Positions 1 through 17,200 of a DNA stretch of 64,000 nucleotides are shown piece after piece. Positions within the stretch are counted from its first letter, which is position 1. The number at the start of each line of letters is the position of its first letter. The notes below the pieces were generated by a model. That model had not been told where the DNA came from and made no database searches. It saw only the letters and a program-made list of their open reading frames with translations. This stretch comes from Myxococcota bacterium (lineage in GTDB: Bacteria; Myxococcota_A; Polyangia; Fen-1088): NCBI GenBank assembly GCA_025934105.1, contig JAICYS010000001.1, positions 15,324 to 79,323 of the forward strand. The letters are read 5' to 3'. A program made the position numbers and the translations under genes.

Positions 1-1
1 C

Positions 2-3000
2 GCCCAGGTGGCCGGAGCGCTGTCGCTCGACGACGCGGCGAAGATCATCACCCTGCGCAGCCGCATCGTCAGCCGCGCCAGCGGCCGCGGGGCGATGGTC
101 GTCGCCGAGATCGGCATGGCGCGCGCGGAGCAGCTGCTGGCGGGCGCCGGCGATCAGGTGAGCGTCGCCGCCTCGAACGCGGCCGACTCGGTGATCCTCT
201 CGGGCGATCCGCGGGCGCTGGGGGCGATCGTCGAACGGTTGCAGCGGGAAGAGGTCTTCTGCCGTTACGTGGACGTCGACTACGCGTCGCACTGCCCGCA
301 GATGGACGAGTTCCTTCCCGAGCTGGTCCGGGCGCTCGGCACGGTGAGCCCTCTCGCGAACACCGTCCGCATGATCTCGACGGTGACCGCGAAGCCGATC
401 CAGGCGGCAGAGATGGACGCCGCCTACTGGGGCCGCAACCTGCGCTCGCCGGTGCTTTTTCACGAGGCGATGCAGCTTCTCTTCCGCGAGCGCCACGACA
501 CGTTCCTGGAGATCAGCCCGCACCCGGTGCTGGCGCACGTCGTGGACCGGGCGCTGCGGCAGTCGGCGGACCAGGGTGAAGCGATCCCCAGCCTGCGCCG
601 CGACCAGGAGCCGGAGACGGCTTTGAAGTCGGCCGCCGCCGCGCTTCACGTCCGCGGCGTCGCGCTGAACTGGGGTGCGCTGGCGGCTCCCGGGCGCCTG
701 GTCGATCTTCCCATCACCCCTTGGCGCGCGGAGCGGTTCTGGCTGGAAGAGGGCCCGGCCCGGACCAAGGCTCGGGCCAAGACCGGACACCCGTTGCTGG
801 GCGACGCCTGGGTCTCGTCCGACGAGGGGCGGGCTCGGTTCTTCCAGACCGAGATCGATCTCGAATCGCTCGAATACCTGGCCCATCACCTGGTGAACGG
901 GCGCGTGGTGTTGCCGGCGGCGGCGTACTTCGAGATCGCGCTGGCCGCCGGGCGGCAGGTCGCCGGCGGCCAGGTCCGTCTGGCGGACACGGAGTTGCAG
1001 GCCATCCTGCAACTCGAGCCCGGGCAGGCCAAGACCGTCCAGCTGGTGCTGGTTCCCGAGGGGCGTGGCTGGTCGTTCCGGCTGGCGAGCCTGGACGCCA
1101 GCGGCGATTGGACCCTGCACGCCACTGGAACGCTGCAGGCCGATGACGGCGCCGCGCGTGCGCCCCTTGCCGCCGATGAGATCCGCGGCCGGTGCGCCGA
1201 GACGTTCTCGGGCGACGAGCTCTACCAGAGGATGGAAGAGGCCGGGATCTCCTACGGCGCGCCCTTTCGCGGCGTCCAGCGGGGCTGGCGGCGCGACGGC
1301 GAGTCGCTGACCGAGATCCAGGCGCCCGAGAGCGTCGCGCGCCAGTGCGGATCGTACCAGTTCCACCCCGCGCTGTTCGACGCCGCCCTGCAGTCGCTGG
1401 CGGCGGCGGGCTCGAGCCAGGGCGCGACCTTCCTGCCGGTGGGCGCGGCGTCCATCCGCGTCCTGGCGCCGGCCGAACCCAAGCTGGTCTGCCACGGCGT
1501 CCTGGCTCCTGTGCCGATCGGCACCGACGTCCTGTCGGGCGACGTCGTGCTGGCGCGCCCCGACGGCACGCCGGTCCTCGAGGTGCGCGGACTGCGCGTC
1601 CGGCGCGTCGGACGCTCGGAGGGGACGTTCGCCGACTGGCTGTACGGCATCGATTGGGTCGAGTCGACGCGCGAACCCAGCGCCAAAGGGGCGCCGGTCG
1701 CGGGCGGGCGGTGGCTGCTGGGCGGCGGCGGTCCGACCCGAAACCGGGTGGCGCAGCTGCTCGAGTCCGCCGGCGATCGCTGCCGGCCGTTCGCGTCCGC
1801 CGACGAGCTGCAGCGCGCGCTGAAAGAAGCGGTCGCCGCACAGACGGAGATCCGGGGCGTGGTCTGCCTCGACGCCCTGGACGAAGACCATGCCGAGCTG
1901 GCGCCGGGCGCCGCCCCGCCGGCTTGCCAGAGCTTGCTTGCCGCGGCCCAGGCCGTCGTCAAGGCCGGGTTCCGGACCGCGCCGCGGCTGTTCGCCGCCA
2001 CGCGCGCGACCCAGCCGGTGAACGGCGGCGACCAAGGCGGGCCCGACGAGGCCGAGGCCGGGCGGAGGCTCCTGGCCGGCGCGCCGCTGTGGGGCTTCAT
2101 CCGATCGCTGGCGCACGAGCACCCCGAGCTGCGGCCGACGGCGGTCGACGTCAGCGCCACGCCGGACGACGACGAGCTGCGCCGCCTGGCCGACGAGCTG
2201 CGCGCCGACAGCGCCGAGAGCCAGGTGGCCCTGCGCGGCCCGAGGCGCTACGTGGCGCGGCTGACGCGCCGGCGCGGCGGCGAAGCGGCGCGCGTCGCTC
2301 CCGACGGGCGGCCGTTCGGCCTGGACCTGGTCCGCCCCGGCACCTTCGAGGGTCTCGAGCTCCACGAACGGCCGCGAACCCCGCCCGGTCCCGGCGAGGT
2401 CGAGATCGAGGTGCATGCGGCCGGGCTCAACTTCTTGGACGTGTTGATGTCGCTGGGCGTGCTGCCCAACGACGCCGCCACCGGCTCGCGGCTGGGCGGC
2501 GAGTGCGCCGGCGTGGTAGCGGCCGTCGGGGCCGGCGTCGACGGTCTGAAGGTCGGCGACCAGGTCATCGGCGTCGGTCCATCCTGTTTCGCCTCGTACG
2601 TCACGCTGAGGAGCGCCCTGGTCGTGCCCAAGCCGCCGTCACTTTCGATGGAGCAGGCGGCCACGCTGGCGGTGACGTTCTTGACCGCGCACATCTCGCT
2701 TCTGCAGATCGGGCGCCTGGCCAAGGGCGAGCGGGTGCTGATCCACGCCGCCGCGGGCGGGGTCGGCCTGGCCGCGGTCCAGATCGCGCAGCAGGCGGGC
2801 GCCGAGATCTTCGCGACGGCCGGCAGCGAAGACAAGCGCGCCTATCTGCGATCGCTCGGGGTGGCGCACGTCATGGACTCGCGATCGCTCGACTTCGCCG
2901 AGCAGGTGCGGGCGGCCACCGCCAATCAGGGAATCGACGTGGTGTTGAACTCGCTGGCGGGGGCGTTCATCCCCAGCAGCTTCGATCTGCTCCGGGACTA

Positions 3001-4539
3001 CGGGCGCTTCGTCGAGATCGGCAAGCGCGACTACTACGAGAACAAGCGGCTGGGGCTTCGCCCGTTCCTGAAGAACCTGTCGTTCTCTCTCGTGAACCTG
3101 CGGGCGATGCTCGATCAGCGGCCGGCCGAGGTGCAGGCGACGTTGCGAGAGATCACGCGCCTCATCGAGGCCGGCCAGCTGCGGCCGCTGCCGATGCACG
3201 TGTTCGGGGTGTCGGAGGCGGCCGACGCGTTCCGCTTCATGGCGCAGGCCAAGCACACCGGCAAGGTGGTGGTGTCCATGAAGGACCCGGCGGCGCGGAT
3301 CGCGCGCTCGAAATCGGAGCCGCTGGCCTGCCGACTCGACGCGACGTTTCTGATCACGGGTGGCCTCGGGGGGCTGGGGCTGGAGGTGGCGAAATGGCTG
3401 GTCGCGCGGGGGGCCCGCCACCTGGTCCTCCTCGGCCGCGGCGCCCCGTCCGAAGCGGCGCACCAGACGATCGCCGCGCTGGCGGCCGAAGGGGCGGAGG
3501 TGACGGTCGAGGGCGCCGACGTGGCGCGCTCGGCGGAGCTGGCCCGCGTGCTGTCGAGCATCGCGCGCACGGGGCATCCGCTGCGGGGAGTCGTGCACGC
3601 CGCGGGCGTGCTGGACGACGGCGTGATCATCGAACAGACGCCCGAACGTCTGGGCAAGGTGCTGGCGCCCAAGGTGCACGGGGCCTGGAACCTTCACCAG
3701 CTGACCCGGCAACAGGACCTGGACTTCTTCGTGATGTTTTCGTCGGCGGCGTCGGTGTTCGGCGCGCCGGCGCAGGCCGGCTATGCCGCCGGCAACGCCT
3801 TCCTCGATTCGCTGGCGCACCATCGCCGCCGCCGCGGACTGGTGGCCCTCTCGATCAACTGGGGCGCCTGGGCCGAGGTGGGGTTGGCGGCGGCCCGGGC
3901 CAACCGCGGGCCGCGTCTGGCCACCCAGGGGATGCGGAGCCTGACGCCGGCCGAGGGAATCGCGGCGCTCGACCACTTGCAAGGGACGGACGCCGTACAG
4001 GCGACCGTGGTGCCGATCCAGGCGCGGCACTTCCGGCAGGCCAACCGCCGTTCTGCCGAATCGCCGTTCTTCGCCTATTTTCGGGAGACTGCCGCCTCGG
4101 GTGGAGAGAGCGGAACGGCCGTCAAGGAGCTGGCCGCGGCCGCCCCCGCCCAGCGCCGCCGGCTGCTGGAGGCGTTGCTCAAGCGCGAGGTGGCGCAGGT
4201 GCTGCGGATCGCGCCGGCGCGGATCGACGCGGCCACGGCCTTCGGCGATTTCGGGTTCGACTCGCTGCTGGCGATCGAGCTGCGCAACCGGCTGGAGACC
4301 AGCCTCGGCATCGCGCTGCCGACCTCGCTGCTCTGGAGCCACCGCACGATCGAGGCGCTCGCCCCCGAGCTGGCCGCCCGACTGGGCCTGGAGCTGGAAA
4401 GCGACGCCGCGCCGCTGGAATCGGCGCCGCCCGAAGCGAATCCGCCGGGCGACGCCGCGCCGCTGGACGACATGTCCGCCGACGAACTGGCGGCCGAACT
4501 GGCCCGCGAGCTGGGCGCGGCCGATCGGGGAGCCTCCAA

Positions 4540-4543
<4 letters not shown>
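2..4543 (+). CDS. Type I modular polyketide synthase, 5'-truncated by the window edge: (AT C-terminal part)-DH-ER-KR-ACP
   Basis: The frame is open from position 2 (AQVAGALSLDDA... is the stretch that follows GHSxGE in AT domains), so the listed start at 8 is only an internal GTG. Motifs seen: AT YASH (VDYASHCPQM, 281..292); DH HPLLG (788..802) plus LAHHLVNGRVVLPAAAY, YGAPF and LFDAALQ; ER LIHAAAGGVG (2738..2767); [10 protein letters not shown] (3356..3379), LDD, and Tyr in AGYAAGNAF (3782..3784); ACP GFDSL (Ser 4262..4264). An acidic docking-like tail precedes the TGA at 4541..4543. Confidence 0.93.
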
Positions 4544-11130
<6,587 letters not shown>

Positions 11131-11135
11131 GCTAG

Positions 11136-11954
11136 CTACGACTCGCAGGCGCGGCGATACATCGGCTCCCAGGTGTCGTCCCACTGGCGGACGCAGTCCT
11201 GGCGTGCCGTGGTGAAGCGGTCGAAGTCGCGGTTGAGGGCGTGGGTCCGCCCGACGTTGGTGACGTGCATCCAGGTGTCGAGCGCGTCGGCCAGCGTGAT
11301 CGGGCAGCCGAGCTGCTCGCCCAGCCGAACCATGAGCCGGGCCGCGGAGCGCCCGTAGGCGTCGAGCACGGCCAGGAACCGCGGCCCGCCGGTGTCGATG
11401 GCGCCGAAGTTCTGTTCGTACATCGCCCACGAGACCTGGGAGTGCTCCGCCTCTTCGGCCATGTGGTACAGGAAAATGTAGTAGGTCCCCGGGTGCTTCA
11501 TCCACCGGGGATCCCCGGCGTTCTCCATCACCAGGACCGACTGGACGCCGAAGGAGGCCTCGATGGCGGCCGCGACGAACGCCAGCTCCTCGGCCGCGGC
11601 GTCCATCCTGAGCAGCGACGTGTCGACGAGGTTCGGGATGCGGCCGAGGCACGGGTCGTGACGGTAGGCGCCCGAGCCGAGCGCGGTCTCGTTGACCACG
11701 TGGCAAGCGGCCGAATGGCGCGCCTCCTGGGTCAGGAATGCCTTCTCGTCGGTGACCGGCGCCTCGGACGGATGCTGGCGCCGCAGCGCGAGCAGCACCA
11801 TCTCGAAGTACTCCGCGAAGACGCTGAAGCTGAACATGCCCAGCGATTCGACCCGGCCCAGATCCGCCTCGAGCGCCGCGAACGTCTCCTTTCGCGCCGC
11901 GCCCAACACGGACGAGGGAACCTCCCGGATGCGCAGCTCCTTGAACTTCTTCAC
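11136..11954 (-). CDS. Putative diiron-carboxylate (ferritin-like / 'metal-dependent hydrolase'-type) protein, function unknown
   Basis: 272 aa when started at GTG 11954. That GTG overlaps the upstream TGA as GTGA and has GGGGAG 8 nt upstream. The track's 11993 start is also a GTG and would give a 43-nt overlap. The protein has a twofold E-x(29-36)-E-x-x-H pattern: E48 (FAEYFE) ... E77-A-R-H80 (H codon 11715..11717), and E132 (AIEASF) ... E168-A-E-H171 (H codon 11442..11444). LTQEARHSAACH and YHMAEEAEHSQVSWAMY resemble the signature helices of the Pfam 'Metal_hydrol' (PF10118-like) / diiron oxygenase families, as far as I recall them. Local GC looks slightly lower than in the PKS genes. Confidence 0.7.
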   Translation of the reverse strand: MKKFKELRIREVPSSVLGAARKETFAALEADLGRVESLGMFSFSVFAEYFEMVLLALRRQHPSEAPVTDEKAFLTQEARHSAACHVVNETALGSGAYRHDPCLGRIPNLVDTSLLRMDAAAEELAFVAAAIEASFGVQSVLVMENAGDPRWMKHPGTYYIFLYHMAEEAEHSQVSWAMYEQNFGAIDTGGPRFLAVLDAYGRSAARLMVRLGEQLGCPITLADALDTWMHVTNVGRTHALNRDFDRFTTARQDCVRQWDDTWEPMYRRACES

Positions 11955-14275
11955 GCGACGGTCTCCCCGTTCCAGTAACGCTCGCGCTGCCACGGGTAGG
12001 TGGGCAGATCGACGGGCCGCAGGCCCCGCGGGTACTGGCGCGCCCAGTCGATGCGGCAGCCGAGCGTGTAGAGACGCGCCATCGCGTCCAGCATCGCGTC
12101 GCGTGCCTCACCGCCGCCCTCGATGCTGGGGACGAAACCACCAGCCTTGCCCGGCGGCGCCAGCGCCGGCGCAATCGACAGGCCGGGGACAGACCGCGGG
12201 CTCACTTCCAAAAAGACGTCGTATCCTTGCTCGGCCGCGGCGGCCGCCGTCGGGTAGCTGGGAATGCGCGTGGCGGCGGGCGCGATCTCGCCGCGCGCGC
12301 AGACGATCCGGGCAGCCTGCTCCAGCGGCAAGGCGCCTGCCACGTGCGCGGCAGCGATCCGTCCGAAGCCGTCGCCGACGATGGCGTGCGGTTCGACGCC
12401 CCAGGCCCGCCAGAGCGAGGCCAGCGCCACCTGGAGAGAGAACAGGCAGTGGAGCTCGGCGTCTCGATCGTCGGCCGCCCCGGACGCGAGTTCCGCCAGC
12501 ACCGACGAGGCGCCCGCCTGCAAGAAGGCCGCGTCGCAGGCGGCGAGCGCCGCGCGGAACTCCGGTTCCACCTCCGCCAGCGCGCGCGCGCCGCCGGCGG
12601 ACCGTGGCCCCCGCGCCGGGAACGCGAACACCAGCCTGCGGCGAGAAGGCGCCACCCGCCCCGCCCTGACGCCCGGCCGGCCCTCGCCCCGCGCGCAGGC
12701 CGCCAGCTCCTCGCTCGCCTGGCGGGCGGAGCGCGCCACCAGCGCCAGCCGGAACTCGTGGTGAGAGCGGCGCACGTTGGCCGTGAAGCAGATCCGCCCC
12801 AGCTCACCGTCGGGCACCCCGCCGATTCGATCCGCGTAGCGGCCCGCGGCCGCCCGCAGCGCCGCCTCGCTCTTGGCCGAGATGGTCAACAGCCGCGGCC
12901 CGGCGGGCAGGATTGGCTCGTCCACCGACTTCGGCGCTTCCTCCAGCACGACGTGCGCGTTGGTCCCGTTCATCCCGAAGGCGCTCACCCCCGCGATGCG
13001 CGGCGCGCCGCCGCGCGCCCAGGGCCGACCGGTGAGCGGAATCTCGAACCGCGTCCTCTCGAAGGCGATGTTGGGGCTGAGGCGCTTGAAGTTGCGGTGG
13101 GGCGGAATGAAGCCCGCGTCCAGCGCCAGCACCGTCTTGATGATCCCGGCGATGCCCGAGGCTGTCTCCAGATGGCCGATGTTGGTCTTGATCGAGCCGA
13201 GCAGGCAGGGCGTGCCGCCGGGGGTCGGCGAGCCGAGCACCTCTTTCAACGCCTGGGCCTCGATGGCGTCGCTGAGCGCGGTGCCCGAGCCGTACGCCTC
13301 GACGTACGAGACCTGCGCCGGAGCCACCCGGGCCTGGGCCAGCGCCCGTCGCAAGACCGCCGCCTGCGCCACCGGGTTCGGGGCCTTGATCGACGCGCTG
13401 CCGCCGTTCTGGTTCACGGCGGCCCCGCGGACCACCGCGAGGATCCGATCGCCGGCGGCCTGAGCGTCCGACAGCCGCTTGAGGACCAGCGCGCCGCAGC
13501 CTTCGCTGCGGACGTATCCGTCGGCCGCGGCGTCGAACGTCTTGCACTGGAACGACGGCGAGACGATCCCGGACTTCGCGTACCCGTCATTCAGGTACGG
13601 CGACAGGTTCAACATGACCCCGGCCGCCAGGGCCATGTCGCTGGTCTGGAGCCGCAGGCTCTGGCAGGCCAGATCGACCGCCACCAGCGACGAGGCGCAG
13701 GCCGCCTCGACGGCGATGCAGGGGCCGCCCAGCTCCAGCGCGTACGACACGCGCCCGCAGGTGAAGCTCTTGCCGTTGCCCATCGCGAAGTGGAATGGGT
13801 CGCGCGCGCCGGCGGCGGCGGTCATGAATGCGTAGTCGCTGGACGAGATGCCCAGGAAGACCCCGGTCAGTGAGCGACGGACCGTCTCGATCGGCTGTCC
13901 CGCCCGCTCGAGCGCTTCGTGACACACCTCGAGCACCAGGCGCTGCTGGGGATCCATGGCCGCGGCCTCCTGCGCCGAGATCCCCCAGAAGCCGGCGTCG
14001 AACTGGTCGGCCCCGCGGATGAATCCGCCCCGATGACCCTGCCAGTCTCCCGGCCGATCGGGGGGCACCTCGCCGATCGCGTCGCGCCCGTCGACCAGCA
14101 GCTGCCACAGCTCTTCCGGACTGTCGGCGCCGGGGAAGCGGCAGGCCAGGCCGACGACGGCGATCGGCTCGTCGCGCGCCGCCTCCAGCGACTTCACCTT
14201 GGCTTCCAGCGACTCGATCGCCTTGAAGGCGCGACGCATGGCGGTCGTGGCGTCGGGTGTCGGCTTGTCAGGCAT
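11951..14275 (-). CDS. Stand-alone PKS-like protein: divergent KS (Cys-Tyr-His) plus eroded AT remnant; no ACP and no TE
   Basis: ATG at 14275 (MPDKPTPD...) overlaps the upstream stop by 8 nt (ATGCCTGA). Residues upstream of it in ORF 11951..14410 are an Arg-rich shadow. The docking coil AMRRAFKAIESLEAKVKSLEAARDEPIAVVGLACRFPG is present. KS residues: Cys in EAACASS (13697..13699); Tyr replaces His in EAYGSGTALSDAIE (13292..13294); the second His is kept in KTNIGHLE (13172..13174). AT remnant: ARGPRSAGGA in place of GQGxQWxGMG, GDGFGR in place of GHSxGE (12368..12376), and the YASH/HAFH segment is missing. The post-AT linker LPTYPWQRERYW is retained. Confidence 0.85.
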   Translation of the reverse strand: MPDKPTPDATTAMRRAFKAIESLEAKVKSLEAARDEPIAVVGLACRFPGADSPEELWQLLVDGRDAIGEVPPDRPGDWQGHRGGFIRGADQFDAGFWGISAQEAAAMDPQQRLVLEVCHEALERAGQPIETVRRSLTGVFLGISSSDYAFMTAAAGARDPFHFAMGNGKSFTCGRVSYALELGGPCIAVEAACASSLVAVDLACQSLRLQTSDMALAAGVMLNLSPYLNDGYAKSGIVSPSFQCKTFDAAADGYVRSEGCGALVLKRLSDAQAAGDRILAVVRGAAVNQNGGSASIKAPNPVAQAAVLRRALAQARVAPAQVSYVEAYGSGTALSDAIEAQALKEVLGSPTPGGTPCLLGSIKTNIGHLETASGIAGIIKTVLALDAGFIPPHRNFKRLSPNIAFERTRFEIPLTGRPWARGGAPRIAGVSAFGMNGTNAHVVLEEAPKSVDEPILPAGPRLLTISAKSEAALRAAAGRYADRIGGVPDGELGRICFTANVRRSHHEFRLALVARSARQASEELAACARGEGRPGVRAGRVAPSRRRLVFAFPARGPRSAGGARALAEVEPEFRAALAACDAAFLQAGASSVLAELASGAADDRDAELHCLFSLQVALASLWRAWGVEPHAIVGDGFGRIAAAHVAGALPLEQAARIVCARGEIAPAATRIPSYPTAAAAAEQGYDVFLEVSPRSVPGLSIAPALAPPGKAGGFVPSIEGGGEARDAMLDAMARLYTLGCRIDWARQYPRGLRPVDLPTYPWQRERYWNGETVA
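12185..12645 (-). other. Eroded acyltransferase remnant (about 150 aa, nucleophile Ser absent)
   Basis: Runs from RRLVFAFPARGPRS (about 12601..12645) to VFLEVSPRSVPGL (about 12185..12225). G634-D635-G636 (12368..12376) sits where GHS is expected. Confidence 0.8.
12935..14175 (-). other. KS domain of the orphan protein, with HGTGT His replaced by Tyr
   Basis: Runs from EPIAVVGLACRFPG (about 14135..14175) to GTNAHVVLEEAP (about 12935..12975). It also diverges at NQNGGSASIKAPN (canonical NQDGRSxGLTAPN) and has a shortened N-terminal loop (DRPGDWQGHRGGFI). Confidence 0.8.
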
Positions 14276-17200
14276 GGTCTTCTTCTGTTCGATCCAGGCG
14301 ATCCAGCTTGGCCAGCAGCGCGGCTTCGATCTGGTCGTCCGGCAGCAGGTCCGCCTCCGTCGGCGGCTCGGCCGGCGCGGCCGCCGCCTGGTTCGGCGGC
14401 GCCTCCTCATCGACGGGCGCTCCCATCAGCTTGGCGAGATAGGGCACCAGCTCTTCGATCGATCGGCTGGCCCACAACACGGTCGAGGGAAGGCGCATTC
14501 CGAAGCGGGCCTCCAGCCGATCCCGCAGCTCGAGGTCCATCAGCGAGTCGAAACCAAGAGCGTTCAGGGGGGCGGCCGCGTCGACGGCCGCGGCCGGCAG
14601 CCGCAACAACCCGGCGATCTCCGCCTTCACCTCGGTCTGCAGCCGGTGGCGTCGCTCGGACGGCGCGAGCGCCGCGAGCTCGTCCCGCAGCCGAGCAGCG
14701 GGCGCAGCCTGGGGCGCCCTCTCGCTCAGCAGCCGCGACAGCAGCGGCCAAGCGGAGGGCAGGCCGGCGGCGTCGCCCGGGCCGCGGAGCTCGAGGCGCA
14801 TCACCGCGATCTGGGGGGCGGAGAGCTCCAGCACCCGGTCCAGCGCCGCCATCGCGTCGGCGGCCGCCAGGCCCGCGTCCCAGCCGATGCTGATCGCCGG
14901 CAGCCCCGCGGCGGCCCGCAGATGGGCCAGGCCGTCCAGGAAGGCACTCGCCGCCGCGTCGCTGCCGTGCCCCGGCGATCCCAGCACCGCGCCGCTCGAC
15001 GAGAACATCACGAAAAAATCGAGCGAAGAGGTCCCGCGGGTCCGGGTGTGCAGGTTCCAGGCGCCCCGAACCTTGGGCGCCATCACCCGCTCGAGCCCGC
15101 CGTCATCGATGGCGCCGGCCGCGTGGACGATCCCGCGCAACGCCGGCATCTCCGTCCGGATCCGCTCGAGCAGCCCGGCGACCTCCCGCGGCTCCGCGAC
15201 GTCGCACCGGGCGACGACCACCTCGACCCCGCCCGCGGCGAGCTCGCCGATCGCCTGGCCGGCCTCGGGCGGCGGATCCCGGCGGTCGGCGAGGACCAGG
15301 TGCCGCGCCCCTTTCGCGACCAGCCAGCGGGCGGTTTCCAGGCCCAGCCGACCCAGTCCGCCGGTCACCAGGTAGGTGTCGCCGCCGATGGCGGGCGCCG
15401 TCTCGGCCGCGGCGATCGGCGTCTCGGGGTCGTCCATCGTGACGACGGTCAGCGGCCCGCGCTGGCCGGCGGCCGCGCCAAGCTGCGCTTCGAGCTGGGC
15501 GATCGGCACGCCGCGGACGTCGACGGCGCCGCCGAGAGCGGCGAGGTGCCCTTCGGCCCCCTGGATCGCGGCCGCCAAGCCAGCCGGCGCCTCGACGGCC
15601 AGCGCCCGCAGATCGGCGGTCAGCCGCCAGACGTTCGGCGGCGTCGGCGTGGCGCTACTCGGTCCCGCCGAGACCCAGCGTCCGAGCGGAGCCAGCAGCG
15701 CCGACCAGTTCGGGTCGGACAAGTCGTCCCAGGCGGCGCCGGTCCCGATGACGACGTCGTAGCGCCGGCCCCCGTTGGCGGCCAGCGCGTCGGCGGGCGA
15801 GCTGTCCGGCGGGATGGTGCGGAACCGCTCTCCCGGTGCGCCGCCGAGGGCCACCACGGACGCGCCGGCGGCGGCCGCGATCCGGGCCGCGGCGCGTCCC
15901 TGCGGACAGGCACCGTCGCTGATGAACACCGCTTCGCGCCCGACACGCGCAAGCCCGACGACCGCGTGGTGCGCCGCCGCGACGATCGGCAGCGTGGCGG
16001 CCGCGAGCTGCGCGCCCAGAGCGGGCGGCAAGGGGATCACGGCACCGGCGTCGATCGCGACGTGGGTGGCCGGCTCTTGCGCCACCAGGGCCACCACCTC
16101 GTCTCCGACGGCGAACCGAGCGGCGGCCGTCGGCCCGACGGCCGTGATGCGCCCCGCGCAGGCGGCGGGGCGTCCCGGCGTGCGGTCGAGCGTCGCCGCC
16201 GAGACCGCGAGCTCCACTTCTCCGGCGGCGGGCTCGCGGCGCGCGAAGGCCCGCAGGCCGTCGCCGGCGAGATGAAACGAGCGCCCGCGGGCGGGACGCG
16301 GTCGCCGATCGCCGGCGCGCGCCCGGGTCAAGCGGGCGACCCGCCGTTCGCGCCCGCGCAGCGCGATCTGGTTCTCGTCCAGGTCCGAGCGGAGCTCGTC
16401 CGCCAGGGCCGCCAGCGCGTCGGCGTCGGGCGAGGCGGGCAGGTCGACGCACGCGCACCGAAGCTCCGGGTGCTCGAGCGCAATCGTCCGCCCCAGCCCC
16501 CAGAGCGCGGCCAACGCCGGCGCGACCGGCCCGCCACCGGCGGGCTGCGCGCCGCGCGTGACCAGCCAGAGGCGCGGCGGTCGGGCCAGCTTCGCGGCGG
16601 CCACCGTCTCGACGATCGCGAGCACCCCAGCCCAGGTCTCGACGGCGCCGTCGGCGATCGCTTCCGCGCCGACGTCGGGCGCCAGATAGACAATGCCGCC
16701 GACGTCCGGGTCGGCTGACGCGGAGAGCCGGCGCACCGCCTGGGCCACGTCGGGCGAGAAGGCCAGCCGGTGGCCCGCCTCCTCGACGGGCTGGCGCAGC
16801 GCACCGGCCAGAGCTTCGTCCCCCAGCGCGACCCAGGCGTTTCCAGCGCGCGCGGGCGGCGCGGGCAGGCTCTGCGGCTCCCAGTCGACGGCGAACATCC
16901 AGTCGTCGACCAGGCGGCGCGACGGGCCTACCCGCTGGAACTGGAGGTCGCGCAGCTCGACGAAGACCTGGCCGTCCTCGCCCAGTAGCAACACGTCACC
17001 GCGCGGCCGATCGCCGCGCGCGCTCTGGTCGACAATGCACGCGTGAGCCGAGAGCGCGCCTTCGGGACGGGCCCCGACCACCACCGACCCGATCGCCACC
17101 GGCACCAGCAGCCCCGGCGCGACCGTCGAGATGGCCGCGCCGCTCGCCTGGAAGCAGGCGTCGAGCAAGGTCGGATCGACCTCGCCGGCCATGGCGCGCG

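Noticed and set aside
1192-4539. The 5' two-thirds of the 3312-aa ORF 1192..11130 (Arg/Ala/Gly/Pro-rich translation)
   Set aside because: It is a shadow frame over the genuine 2..4543 PKS gene and has no recognisable domains. Real PKS sequence in this frame begins only at the GTG at 4540.
11955-11993. Alternative GTG start at 11993 for the diiron-signature gene
   Set aside because: It would overlap the upstream gene by 43 nt. The GTG at 11954 has a GGAG at proper spacing and the same GTGA coupling seen at 4540. I kept it as a lower-probability alternative only.
14276-14410. N-terminal extension of ORF 11951..14410 (MRRRRRTRRRPRRPSRRRRR...), with analogous extensions at 20307..20996 and 25874..26389
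   Set aside because: The extensions overlap the preceding gene's ACP/docking region in another frame and are Arg-rich. Internal ATGs with SD-like motifs and 1-8 nt stop/start overlaps give normal docking-coil N-termini.
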